Shown piece by piece: positions 26,219 through 38,801 of a stretch of 64,000 bases of DNA; the first letter of the stretch is position 1, and each line of letters opens with the position of its first letter. This stretch comes from Psammoneis japonica (lineage: Eukaryota): assembly GCA_008632985.1 (NCBI GenBank), contig QPGO01000028.1:62001-126000 (forward strand), read 5' to 3'. Made by a program: the position numbers and the translations under genes. The notes beneath the pieces were generated by a model. That model was given only the letters and a program-made list of their open reading frames with translations. It did no database searches and was not told where the DNA came from.

Positions 26219-26717
26219 ATGAATCGACGCATGATAATGCCGCCCAAGTCGAGCGTATGTTTGGAACTTGTTTCTCGTTACAATAAAAGTGACACCTTAT
26301 TAGAATAACAGGTGTTATACTATTCGGTTTATGTCATATCCCTGCTTATTTTTCACGAGCTCTAATTTGCACACGAACCACATGCTGGTTCCTGTGCATT
26401 TACGTACATTTTATACCAGTCGCATCGTAGAGGGGTGTTGTTCGCCGGCCCTGACGAACTCTTTCTCAGACATAAAATACTTTTCACGACGTCCGGCACA
26501 TGACTGCCGGCTCGGTTGACACTGTTTCGAGTGCGTTTTCACGTAGATCCTACTGCAGATGTACGCACTCAGATTTAATTCTGTACAAATCTACGCAGCA
26601 TTTTGCGTAGCAAAAATGCACACGGACCACCAGGTGGTTCGTGTGCATAAGCAGGGATGTGCACGCTGTAAAGCATCCATGCGGATGATGATCAACCCCT
26701 CCCTTGAGTTGTTGGAG

Positions 26718-27932
26718 CTAAAAACGTGCCACCTGTTCATCTCCATCACTGTCGGAGGCTTCTTTTTCCGATTCATCGTCCACGCCCTCGTCATTCGCCA
26801 CCGTCTTGAGATGCTTTGCCAGCGTTTCTCGAGTGCCGTCCACGTCGTGTCCGGCTTCATCAAGCTTCCTACGAAGAGTGGAAACGCCCATGCTTTGCAC
26901 ACTGGCTCCTTGGTCATCGGCCCTGACCTGAAAGTCAGCTGCAAACAACTCTTGAAGCAATCTGGGTGATTTGATGGAGCGGAATGCCTCGGTCCTAATC
27001 AGTTTCTCTTTGTCATCAATGAAATGCTTGAGCGCAACTTCCTTGAGCAATGCACAGTTCTTGCTGTCTGCATGGAGAATCATGTCGATTACATTGTCGT
27101 CAGTGATGGAGGATTCTGCCAGCTTCGCTTCTGCGTGAAGCTTGAAACTAGCGCAACCAAACTTGTCGGCAAGATCAAGAAGAGCCACTCCATCTTTGCC
27201 CATGTCAGCATCCGCGGGAAGCTCATCGAGGTGCACGCAGTGTGGAAAAGACTGAAACAGCGAAGGATCGACTCCATCAATCACAATGGCCTTGCCCTTG
27301 TCTTTTCTAGACTCACACTGGAATGTTTCAGCAAATCCTGGAGCCCGCCTGGCGAGAAGGCCCTTGTGCGCCTGGAAGCTTTGGCTGCCAACAGAAAAGG
27401 TGACATCCGAGAAATCCACAAATTCAAACAACTTCTTGACGTCCTTTTGGAGCGTGCCTCTGGGGCGCCAAATCTCAGGCTGGACAAGTGCAATCTGAAT
27501 GTCGGCCTTGACGGTGAGAACTCCATTCTCGAGACATCCCTCTGCAGGATCGAGCACAGTGCTCCGCTCGACAAAGTCTGCCCACCCCCACGCATTGATT
27601 TCTTCTTTCATCACCGTCGACACCATCTCTCTTCCCACCCGAAATGAGAATTTTGCACAATCAGGTTCGCGATCCTGCATGTTTGCCCGTCTCAAAAACA
27701 TGGAGACATGAACAGTGCTTTTGCTGGATCGCTTGCATCCACGGGGATGCACTTCAATTTGCCACAGACGCCCATGGCAAGAAAGCTCCAGTGAGATGAT
27801 TTTCTCTCCACGTTGCTGCGAGAGATTTTCGAAATCTGGGATGCTGACACTGATGGTGTGCTTTGGAGACAGCACTTCACTGCTCCCCATGACCGCAGAA
27901 GCTACGATGATTCGTTCTCACTGTTGCGCCAT
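26718..27932 (-). pseudogene. MATH-BTB copy B, hypermutated with its frame largely intact
   Basis: The homologous ATG at 27932 is followed by TGA at codon 5. The 390-aa ORF from 27890 contains no Tyr. The paralogues' TAG stop reads CAG here (26735-26733). Confidence 0.8.
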
Positions 27933-28796
27933 GGTGAAACAGTCGTTTTTTATGTGTTGTCGAGCTTTTTATTTTGTGCGATGGGCAGAAGTGCAGATGT
28001 ACAGATGGTGACAATGGAACGCGCGCGCAGTGAAGAGTGAAAGAACTTTCGTCAATCCTTCATCCCTTTTTCGCTGACTCGTCATTCCTCGTCTCCGAAA
28101 AGAGGGCCATGATGCATTGACCCTTCTGCTGTCCATTTTTGTGGACAAAAACACACCATCTGGAAGCAACTGGTGAGCAGCGGCAGTGAGTGGCACTGCA
28201 CAAAAGGAAGAGAGGAGAGCCTGGGAGAGCATCAGTTGGGGGATGTTTTGAGTGTGTGCAGCACATTGAGTGGTGGTCACCAGTTGCAAAAATGGAACAG
28301 AAAAGTCACATTCAACTGGAAGCACTTTTGGGGTGGCCAGCAGCTGTGTTTTTACATGAAACTTGGCCAACCAAACCGCTCATGATTTGTGCTTTTTGAC
28401 CCAGCACCCCCCGTCTGGTGGGGCAACAACCCGACATCGTGCGCGAACTCACGCGCGACATTCTTGCCTGTCATGTCTGAATTTTTTTTAATTTAATTTA
28501 AAATTTTTGACTCGCCATGTCAGAAATCCAACTTCTGATGTAATTTTTCTTGTCATGTGTTGCAAAAAAATTTAAATGTGACATCCATGCTGACAACGTT
28601 GCCGACATTTTCAAGCGCAACACTCGTCCACTTTTCACCGTGCGACAACTTGCCTGCAGACTAGCCCCCAATTCACATTGCTTTCAAACTGTGCTTTAAA
28701 TCCAATGAGCACATGCACAATGTTCCTGACACATCACAGTGCAACACTTGGACACTTTTCACTGTGTGAAAAATTTCTTTCCGGTCAACGCCCGAT

Positions 28797-30032
28797 TCAC
28801 ACTCCACAATGTTGCAGCTGCCAAACTGAGTTGATTTCCTGGTTGACACCTTTGCTGTCATCATTGTCTGCCACATGCTGGCAAATGTTGCTGCCATGCT
28901 GCCTGCATGCTCGTTGCACCCTCGCTCGCTTCTGTGGGTTGTTGTTTGCTCCGCTGTTGACGGTTGCTGCTGCTTCTGTGGTCTCTTCCTCTTTGCTCCC
29001 CTGTTTGTCATTCCTTCCTGTGGCATCCTCCTTCCTGTTGCTCCAATCAGTTTTTGGAGCTGCCCATCCCCTCATGCTGTCCTTCTTTTTCTTCTTTCTT
29101 TTCTTGCCATGTGCGCTCTCCGATTTTTTTGTCTGCAGGTGCTGCACGTCAATTCTGCCATAATCCGCTCTCTTCTTTGCCACCACATCGTAGAGTTTGT
29201 TGCACTTGTGGATCCCATCCTGGTTCCATCCTTGATTTCTTTTTGTGCCTTTCCCCATGAAAGTGCACTTGGGTGCCACGGGCTGGGTCGGCTGCTGCGC
29301 CCCTCCATTTTGTTTGAATTGCTCTTCGATCTCTGCCACCAACATGGCCGCGTTGCAGCAGTTGCCATGCATCAGCCTGGCAAAAGCTTCTGCACTTGTT
29401 GTTGGCCAATCGCTGACACCTTGGCTGTCCACTGTTTTAAAGTGTTCCATTCCTGCCACTGGGGAGCAGCAATTTTCCAAGAACCAGAAGTGTGTTTGAG
29501 GCAATGTCCTGCCCTTTCGATGTCTTCGACGCTTGGCATTCCATCGCATCTGGCCATCTCTGAGCAAGAATCAATGGGTGAGAACATTGCTCCATGTCAT
29601 CCATGCACTGCCTGAGTTGCACTTGCCAACCATCTTCTTTCTAAAGACCTCCAGCCTGTTGTTTCTTCTCCTGTTTGGTCTTTTCCTCACCTTCTCCTTG
29701 TTCTCTTCCCACCAAACTGCACAGTCACTTGCATCCATGTTGAGGTGTTTGCAAACCTTTTTCTGCATTTTGCTCCCAAAAGCCAACTCAATCTCATCAT
29801 GTGTGACAAACTTTGTCTTGGGGCGCACTGTTGTCGCAATGCAGTTGGTTGTCTGGCCATCCATGAACTTGCTCTTCGCTGCCTCCAAGCTGACGACCAA
29901 CATTCCCGCAACCTCCACATTGTGGGATCCTGTCTCTGCCATGTCATGGGTGCTGATTGCAACAAAGGACACATGATCAGCATCAGCAGTCCAACCCATT
30001 TGTGCATCAGAGGAGTTGTTGCCGCAACGCAC
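28797..30032 (-). pseudogene. Decayed transposon accessory ORF, probably part of the Plavaka-like element
   Basis: Two consecutive same-frame ORFs separated by one stop. The motifs TTSAEAFARLMHGN and NQGWNQDGIHKCNKLYDVV resemble TE-associated proteins as I recall them; no search was run. Confidence 0.45.
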
Positions 30033-31524
30033 ATGCCTGATGAATTGTTTTGCACCGACATGTTTGCCCGCTCATTCCCATGTGTTTGTGTCAACACAAA
30101 TTTTCCCTTGGACTGAACCCAGTCTGGAGTGTGCACCTGCCAGCACACCTGTTTGCCCTTCTCAAATGTGCTCCCTCTATTTGAATGTCAAATTTTTCAA
30201 ACTGTCACCATCAGACCTCAATTGATGGATTTTACATTCCTTTTGAATGGACAGTGTTGTCGTTTGCAGCCTTGCATCATCCATCAACTGCACATGGCAC
30301 GATCCATGCTGAGAACAATGCCGCTCCAAGCAGTTGCATGCTGGAATTTTCAAATCACCATTTAATTGTGTTTTTGGTTCACAATTTTGACAGATGAAAG
30401 GGCTGCAGTCCGAACACTTCGTTTTGCATTTTTAGCTGGCCTGCGACATCTTGCTTTGCCGTCTGGGTCCCCATGCTCTTGGCTGTCCTCTGCTTGTCGC
30501 CCGCAATGAACAGAGCATTGTTTGACATCGCTCGCAACTGCTGGCCAGTGCGTTAAAAATTTTCATGTTTTTTGGTTGTCCAGTTCCAGTTAAAACTTTC
30601 CAGGAAATTGGGCTCATCTCTTTGCCCTCACTCATCGTCCAGTCTTGCTCTCACCCTTCTGTCTTCCGCAATGACACCCACTTCTTCTCTCACAGTTTCA
30701 TGCAATTCGTGCAAGCACTCCACAATTTGGTGCAATCCACTGATGTGCCCCTCTCTGGATGCATGCACTCCTGCACAGAATGCCCTCAATCCCAAGAGTG
30801 CTTTCCGGCACAACACCAAGTCTCCACTGGTGGAGGGCAATGTCCCTCGCAAAAGGCCAGGGGACGTCTGCACCAGCATTGTGTTCATTAAGATGAACCA
30901 CGTCCAACACAGTGTCCTCTCTGACAGGCAGCAGAGCACACATGATTTTTGGGAACTGGCACTCCATGTCATTTTTGGCAAGCCACCACGATCATGCAAG
31001 GCTTTTGCATCGAAAGGTTGACTGGCATCTCCACTTCAAAGTCCACCAAATCTAGCGTCAAAGTCACTTTGTCCACGCATGTGTTGCAACAGATTTTGCT
31101 TTCTTGCACCCACCCCTTCAAAATTGATTGCAAGCTGCACCTGCACAACCTGTCACCACCCACATGTCCCACCGTGACACAACAATTGAATGCCCGAGAG
31201 TTGACGCACATTCTGCTTTTGTCCAGTTTTTTTATGCAAACTGAATGTCTGGAATTCTCCCTCAATGTGGTCTCTTTGCAAATGACACAATGGCCTTGCA
31301 ATCCGGTGTCGCCACATCAAAGTGTGTCTGGGATTGCCCAAGTTGCGTCTCTGCATTTCCAATGCATTGTCTTGCTCCAATGTTTCTCACAAAGCATTGA
31401 GCACGTGTGGCCTCAACAGTTTGTTAACAAAATCCATTTTCAATGTCATTCTCCAGCTGAGGCAGGAAAACACACATTCCAGGATGCTCTTTGTCAATGC
31501 AATGCATCCCAGGCTGCCCCCAGC

Positions 31525-31610
31525 GTGTTGTGTTGTTTGCAATTTGAACACAACATTCCAAATCTCTGTGTTGTGTTGTTTGCAATTTGAGCACAACATT
31601 CCAAATCTCT
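31525..31610. repeat. 43-bp tandem repeat, 2 copies
   Basis: gtgttgtgttgtttgcaatttgaRcacaacattccaaatctct occurs twice. Confidence 0.9.
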
Positions 31611-33419
31611 GTTGATGTTGTCTTCTGCTGCACACATTGGGGATCATGATGGGTGCCGAAGCTGTGTGGGGGCAGTTCTCTGCACAGCCACCAATTTCGA
31701 AATTTTGCAGTGGGGCAATGGACTGGGCATTCTCTCTCTGTTAAATTTTTTGCATCCTCAAATGAAATGAATGAGGCAGGTGTTGTGTGTCCCCTTTGTC
31801 ATTTGTTTGTCATGCATTGCTGAAAGAGAATGCAAATTTTTTGTGTGCATCAGAAATGCAGTGGTTTAGAATTCACTTGTTTTTGATGTGGTTCTCCACA
31901 ACATCGCAAAATTGGGTTTGATGTTTTGTGCAATTTCTCACATGCATGACACAACTTTTCACACTGTCACCCAAATGGCACTGACTTTACAGCAGTCCCA
32001 TGTGATGCTCCTCACACTGCAGCGTGGTGGTCACAATGTTGCACAGAAACTCCACAACTGTGATGCTGTGAGTTGTCGCCCGGTTGCACCCTCGCCTTGA
32101 TGCCACATCCATTTGCACCTTCCCGTGTCATTGTTGTGTTCCACTTTTCACACAGCATCTCGTCTGCCTCCCATTCTGATGGGGCTTGATTGCACAAACA
32201 ACAAAATCTCTCGACAACGTGTGCATTTCCAACCCGGTCAGCATGTGAGCAAGAGGACTTTGACACACAAGAAGGTCTCTTCCATTGGATTGTCTCCCAC
32301 ACACATCAACCATTTGTTCTGCACTCTTGAAACGGATGGATTTCTCAACACACTTCCCACTGGCCAAGCTTTGGCAATCTGGCCAAGAGTGCTTCATCAG
32401 CGTGCAATGGTTTGCAACAACAAACACATGTCCTTTGCATTGAGGGAGGTGGCAGAGGAATTGTCAGTGCAGTCAGCCAGACAAAGAGAGGCTGATGCCA
32501 GGAGAAAATCTCTTGCATGGAAAAGAAAGCACCAACATGATGCCAATGTCTGGGAAACCAGCACATCTGCTGCTGACGGGATTGGCAGCGGTTCTGTTGG
32601 TTCCCATGTGGAGGGATTGTTGATCAAATCACAGGAGGAAATGTCAGCAGAGTTTTGCTTGTGCTCAAACCGATTCGGACAGTCAAAGTAGATTCACCCA
32701 TCATTGTTTGGCCCTTCAGCCACTGTTGACCTGCACAAATCCAAAGAACGTGACATTGGCACATTCGTTGAAACAAAACCGGATGACACAAGTGGTTGTG
32801 AAGCACCAGCTTCCATCGCCGCCAACGTGCTCCAACCATCACCAGAAGCAGCAGTTGGAGATGACTGTTGCAAAGAGCCGCTGTTCTCTGACCAAGCGGA
32901 GTTGGACAACCACAGTTTTGGATCATGCAATGACTCAACAGAAACAGTCAAAATCCCCACTGCCAAGAACATCACTGTTGACAACAATGTGTTGGTTGTT
33001 GGCATTGTTTTTGGTGATGAGACCACCAATGCATCTGCCCAGGAACGCAGAGCCACAGCACATTGTCTGGCACCAGTCAAAATCGGCTTCAATGTCCACA
33101 CTGTGGACTGCCGTCAAACAAACTCTTCAACCCAAATCACATGAATGCCAACGCACATGCACTTGGTTGGTCCAAGAACTGGGCCACCAAGGAATGTCTC
33201 TGCAACTCCATGTTGATGGACATTGTGTCTGTGAACAAATCGCACTTCAACGACAGTGTCTTGACGAATTCATTTTTCAGTCAATCCTTGACTCACTTCC
33301 GTCAAAAGCTGTTGGACATTGGCAATGTCTTTCTGCCTGTTGATTTGCAAACAGCCCAGTGTCTTTACAAAAACTGGGCTGTGGTGGGTAAAATTTGGAT
33401 TGTCAGGCACCTGTGCCAA

Positions 33420-36400
33420 GATCAGTTGCAGGAAATGCCTCTTTTCCATCCCACCATCTTGGGCAAGACAACGCCCACTCCTCCACCAACAAGCATGTTT
33501 TTCTGACAATGCCGAAAGGTGTGTTTGGGTGATGTGCCCTCCATTTGCCAATGCTGAAACCAACCGTTCTCGCTCATTTCCCTTTTGATGTTGCTTTGCT
33601 TCTTGCATGTTCTCCCAAAAACAACAACCTCTTTTTTGTCATCACTCAGAAGGAACCCATGCAATTGCATTGGAAACAAGCTGTTGGTTCCACCATCATT
33701 TCTGCATGTGACACGTGCAAAGTCATGCCATTGCCCGGTCTTGTGACAGTTGGGGTGGGCCCAAAATCTCAACTCATGTTCCGCCTGCAGATTTGACTTG
33801 GAATGCACCATGACGTGCCCGTCTGATTCCCCGCTGGTTGCGATGGCACAAAAATTCTACGACGTCCTCCTCCAAATGAGCACTCCATTCCCTTTTCATC
33901 TCCAAGGTTCCGGTGCACTTGCAGCAGGTTTTGTCAACAGGGTCAACTGCAAACACAGCATGCCCCAGGTCATGGTGCAATGTTGTGCTGGGTGGCAAGT
34001 CATCAGTGGCAAGGGGGTGGACAATCAAGTCGTTTGCTCTCTCCAACAGACTTTGCTCATGCAGTTTGGTCGCAAGCTGATGGGTGAACTCTTCTTTGCC
34101 TTGTGAGGCTTGGCAGGTCCGGCTGGGAAGCTTTGCCCATTTCTTTAGAGACCAGACTCGCCTGTTGTGGCATCCCATCCAGAAAATGTGCCCAGTTGAT
34201 GAAGAGCAGTTGTCAAGTGAAGCAAATCATGGAACTTTGATGTTTTCCATCCATGTGTGCCTTTGCCACAATTGATTGTGCTGCGCATCTTGAACATCAA
34301 AAGAACAAGGCAACATTCAATGTCGACGTGATTGGTTTGCAAGCACAGGGAAGAACCACAGCTGCAAAAGGAGTGGAACAACAACAATTTGTTGAGCAAA
34401 AGCAACAGATGATCCACATCGTCACAGTCCACTGAACGACTGGCCAGCTCTGGGTCAAGGCTCTTTAGCCTTTGGCAGAATGCACAAGGCAGTTTTTTTT
34501 CAATTTCTGAGTGGACCAATGGTTGGTCATGAGAAGTTGCCTGTGTGTGCAGTGACTGGCGACGGTCCGCACAGCATCTAAAAATGTTGGAAACAGAGGA
34601 ATTCTTGTCATTGGGGATGCAAAATTGTTGATCCAGGTTGACATTTCTGGTTTGCATCCACACAATGTTGTGGCATGGATGAGCTTGAGATTTTGTCAGC
34701 TGCAAAATGCAAGGACACATGTGACGGTGATGTTGATCCTCCAGAAATTCATTGTGGACAGGGCCATTGTGACTGCATTCTTTGTTTGCTTGGGGTTTGT
34801 CAACCAAGGATGCAGAGGCATGCATTGGATGATCCTCAGCAGATGCTTCCTCTTTGTCAGTCTCTTTGTTGTTGTCTTGTGGATTTGGTTGGTGTTCATT
34901 GCAATTGCTGGCTGAATCGTTGTCATCATCAAGCAAATCTTTGGGATTGTCAGCAACGCGTTTGCCTTCTTTGTGTGCACGACCATCATTGTCTTCTTCT
35001 TCATAATCACAGTCCTCTTGTGGAGGCTGGTCATCAAAATTTGAGGCTTGTTTTTTCTTTGTCTTGTCAAAATCTGGATGGCAACGAAGAAGGAGCATGC
35101 TCCGTCCCTCCGCAGTCTGACCCACCAGCGTTGTTGCAAACAGCTTCCCCATCTTTTGGTCACAGCTCAAACCGGACAAGGTGCAAAAGCCATTTTGTGC
35201 AAGACAACCGGTGGAAACATTGTTCTCTGACCGGGTCTGCACCACTGAGATCCAAATGTGCAGTTTGCCAAATTGTTCAAATGGCCTTTGGCAGAGTCGG
35301 GCAAATCATCGACAATGACAGAGAGCGTCTGAGGGGCTGTGCCGCCTTGGAACATGTGCATTGGATCGGGGGACGCAAACCCAAACATGCCCTGACGATT
35401 GTCTCCCATCCAAAGAGGAATCATTGAGTTGTCAACCGTGTGTTGGCCAAACACCTCACGAAGTTTGGAGGAACAAATGTTCATGTGCCGGACAACTGCA
35501 CTACGACGCGTTCCAGCCCTAGGTGGGAGCTCGTAGTACTGACGTGTGACAACAATAATTTTTATCATCCGTCGTATGTTTCGTACGTAGATTTCTACGT
35601 GTGATATATAAAAAAAATTGTCCAGACTCGCTGTTTTGCGAAGCCCCAGACGTTTTATATAACAAATTTATAGAAACAACAATGCGCCAGTTACATTCTT
35701 CAATGTCTGAAGAATGTAACTGGCTAAGTAAAAAATGATGTACTTCAATCATGTGCGAGTTTGTGCGTTCGCAAAATTGCCTCATTTTCTGTTGGCGATC
35801 ATTGACCTTTTAATTACCGTATAATTTTACTACGGAGCTCGCACGTAGAAGTCTACGGGCCCAATGTCACACGGATTCCCACCTACGTCTGGAACGCGTC
35901 CTACGTCCCTTGGAACGGATTGATTCAGCCACAGCCTTGGGCATCACTGCGGCTGTTTGTGATTCAACGAACAGATGCCACGGACTGTCAATTGAACCGG
36001 GTGGTGGTCCAAGAGCTGCAGCAGTCAAATGCTCCATCACTTCCCGAGAAAAATGCCTGCAGCAGTGCAACAGCTCATCACTGCATGTCCAGGAGGTGTG
36101 ACAGGCATGACTGATGCGGCAGGAATTTTTGCGGCCAGAAAGACGGCCGGTCACTTGTGCGGCATTAACAGCATCACCCAACTTTGTTGCGCTGTGAACA
36201 ACAATGCGCTTAAAACAATGCTGGTTGCCAAGTCAGATGCAGCAGATGGGAGGCAATTCTTGCACTTGAGTTGCAGGTGCAAGAAGGACAGACAAAATGC
36301 GGTGATGGTTTCTGACATTCAACCCAAAAACGGGGGTTCTTTGTTTTGTAACCCTTGCATTTTGGAACAAATCCAAGAGGATGCCATGCTTCAAAATGAT

Positions 36401-37280
36401 GAAGTGCAGATGCTTTGATGAGAGTCACAGAGAAAATGAATGGCTCCATCAAATGAGGTGCGACCTGTCCTTTCCCGGTTTTGTTGGTGCAGTGCAAAAC
36501 TAAAACATGAAAGGATCCAGGGACGATGGGAACATCATTGCCACAAAAACAGTCACTGCAAGTTTCTCCATCCTCCATTTTGGCATCATCACAAAGTTTC
36601 CAGTTGCCGTTCTTGTCCAACATGGGTTCACTGGAGAGCACCTGAGACCAACATGATTGGGAGGAATGTCAAGATTTGAAAGATTGGCAAAAAGGGGATT
36701 GTCGAACAGGTCCTGCAGTTGGAGGGAAAAGTTGTAAACAGGGATGCCGGGAGAGAGCTCCTGCGGCAGGTTGTTCTTGAATTGGTTGACAATGGAAACA
36801 GACTCAAGGGGAACTCGTTGCAGCACCGGGGCCACAATGCTGGGCAACATTGACTTGAGCTTGGACATGAAAGTTCAAGAAGAGGGCATTTGTTGGGTGA
36901 CAGACAACCCACCACTGGAGAATTCCTCCTGCACAGCTCTCATCAACTCATCTGTCACACTGATTGGGACACCCTTGGAGCAACACAAATTCAACATGTG
37001 GACCGTGGATGTTGTTTCACAGTTGCAAACTTTGGGCACCACAAGGTCCTTGTCCACAGAGAGGTGTCCAACTTGATTGAGTGTGGCAAAAGAGCCAGAA
37101 TCAGCAACTGTGGTGGCAGAACCCTCGGTGTTGGAAACAAATTCTTTGTGGTCAGGAAACTGGCACTCTGAAACATCATTGGCATGGGGAAGAAGGGAAT
37201 TGTCATGGGAGCCATGCAGCTCTGGTGCAGATGAGATGCACGGTTGGAACGCAACGGCTGGGGATTGTGTCTTGTGCAAC
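33420..37280 (-). mobile_element. Decayed Plavaka-like (CACTA/Mirage-related) transposase
   Basis: Ordered motifs FNFSLQLQDLFDNP-like, MGDAVNAAQVTGR, SHACH, PDPMHMFQGG, WKTSKFHDLLHL and GWDATTGESGL follow the Plavaka pattern. Many frameshifts; element ends not found. Confidence 0.65.
35505..35900. mobile_element. 396-bp MITE with ~24-bp TIRs and CTAC target-site duplication
   Basis: The left end GACGCGTTCCAGcccTAGGTGGGA matches the reverse complement of the right end, GACGCGTTCCAGacgTAGGTGGGA. CTAC lies at 35501-35504 and 35901-35904. Removing the element restores the transposase frame (SKGR|SAVVRH). Confidence 0.9.
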
Positions 37281-38214
37281 CTTGTGGAGTTGGCGCGGCA
37301 TTGGCATTGGGCCCTGTGGCAAGAAATTCAAATGGAGGAGAGCCAAGGGTAGAAGAGGCAGCAACGTCCACTTGTTCATCAGATTGTTGCCCCACCAGAT
37401 GCCCCCTCCCCACCCAAGAACTTAAAAAAAGCACACTTGACACAAAAACAACACCATCAAATCCACAGCACCCAAATTGGCACACATGCTTGTTTGTGTG
37501 TTGTGCAAATCCATTTCAGTGACCTCATGCATTTGCTTTCTGTGGCGCACAATGACACACCCACCAAATCCTGTGAACAGAGCCACATTTGCTCCATGTT
37601 GCTGGTCAGTGCTCTGCTTGTGCACAGCTTCTGCAAACTTGAAAGAAATTGTCCAACCAAAAACAACCTCACATCTTTTGGGCAATGGTGGCTCATGATG
37701 CTCTCTTGCACAACAATCCACGAGCAATGGCACATTGTGCCATGATTGGGGGAGGGGAGTCATGCCGTGGACAGAGCTCCAAACATTGGCAAACAGATTT
37801 GGAATCAGCTTGTGAGGCTCATTCCAAGTTCATGCTTGCAAAAATGGCTGCCCTTTTACCTGACATCTGTGTGTCAACTTGCCAACTGTGGCAGATGCTC
37901 TCTCCACAGCTGGCCAATGACCCACCAAATCATGTGCCAGCAACAGAAGTGTGCCACTGTCTGAGTTGTTGTCTGAATTGATGAAGGTTTTAGAGATGTG
38001 CAACTGCTGCCCCCCAAGAGGCTTTGTGACAATCAAGTGTCAAAGGGACAAGCAGCAGGGCTCCTCACAGCAGCATCAAAACAACAAAGCACAATGAATG
38101 GCAGCATTGAAAACCTCCTCCCCTCTTGCCCACTCCCTTTCTCTTCATCTGTCCTTTCATCTGTTTTTGGCACCTTTTGGCTCAATGTTCTTTTCTTGTC
38201 TCCTCTTTGTGGTG

Positions 38215-38640
38215 GAAGTCATGCAAAAGAGGATTGAGTTCTGCACGTGCAAATGATGAGCAGAAAACCAGGGTTTGTCAACTCAGAAGATGCACTTGTT
38301 GTCAGTGGGAGGAAACCTGTGCAAGCAGCACCAGCTCCTGTGGTGCCGCTGGTTTTGGACATGCTGATTTCTGCTCTGTGAGAAACCTCCAACCTGCACA
38401 TGACCTTGCACGACCCAAAGCTGACAGCCTGAAATGTGCAATGATCACCATCAAGTGGGAGAGTGAAGGAATGAAGTCATGCAAAAGAGCGTTGAGTTCC
38501 ACATGCTCAAATGATGAGCAGAAAACCAGGTTCATCAACTCAGAAGATGCGCTGGTTGTCACTGGGAGGAAAGCCATGCAAGAAGTGCCATCTCCCATGG
38601 CACCACTGGCTTTGGACATGCTGACCTTTGCTCTGAGTGC
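38215..38640. repeat. Diverged tandem duplication (~257-bp period)
   Basis: gaagtcatgcaaaagag...aaatgatgagcagaaaaccagg...tcaactcagaagatgc...ttggacatgctga starts at about 38216 and again at about 38473. Confidence 0.8.
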
Positions 38641-38742
38641 TTGTCTGTTGCTTTGACATCAAGGCTTTCTTTTGGGAGTGAAGCAGCTGTTGGAAAAAGT
38701 CAAAACAACAACAAACCACAAAGGCAACAGTGCAAACCTGCT

Positions 38743-38754
38743 CCCCCCCCCCCC

Positions 38755-38797
<43 letters not shown>
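38743..38797. repeat. Poly-C plus (CT)n microsatellite
   Basis: Seen directly in the sequence. Confidence 0.95.

Positions 38798-38801
<4 letters not shown>

Noticed and set aside
31525..31610. Possible CRISPR-like repeat
   Set aside because: Only two adjacent copies, no spacers, no cas genes, and a eukaryotic context.
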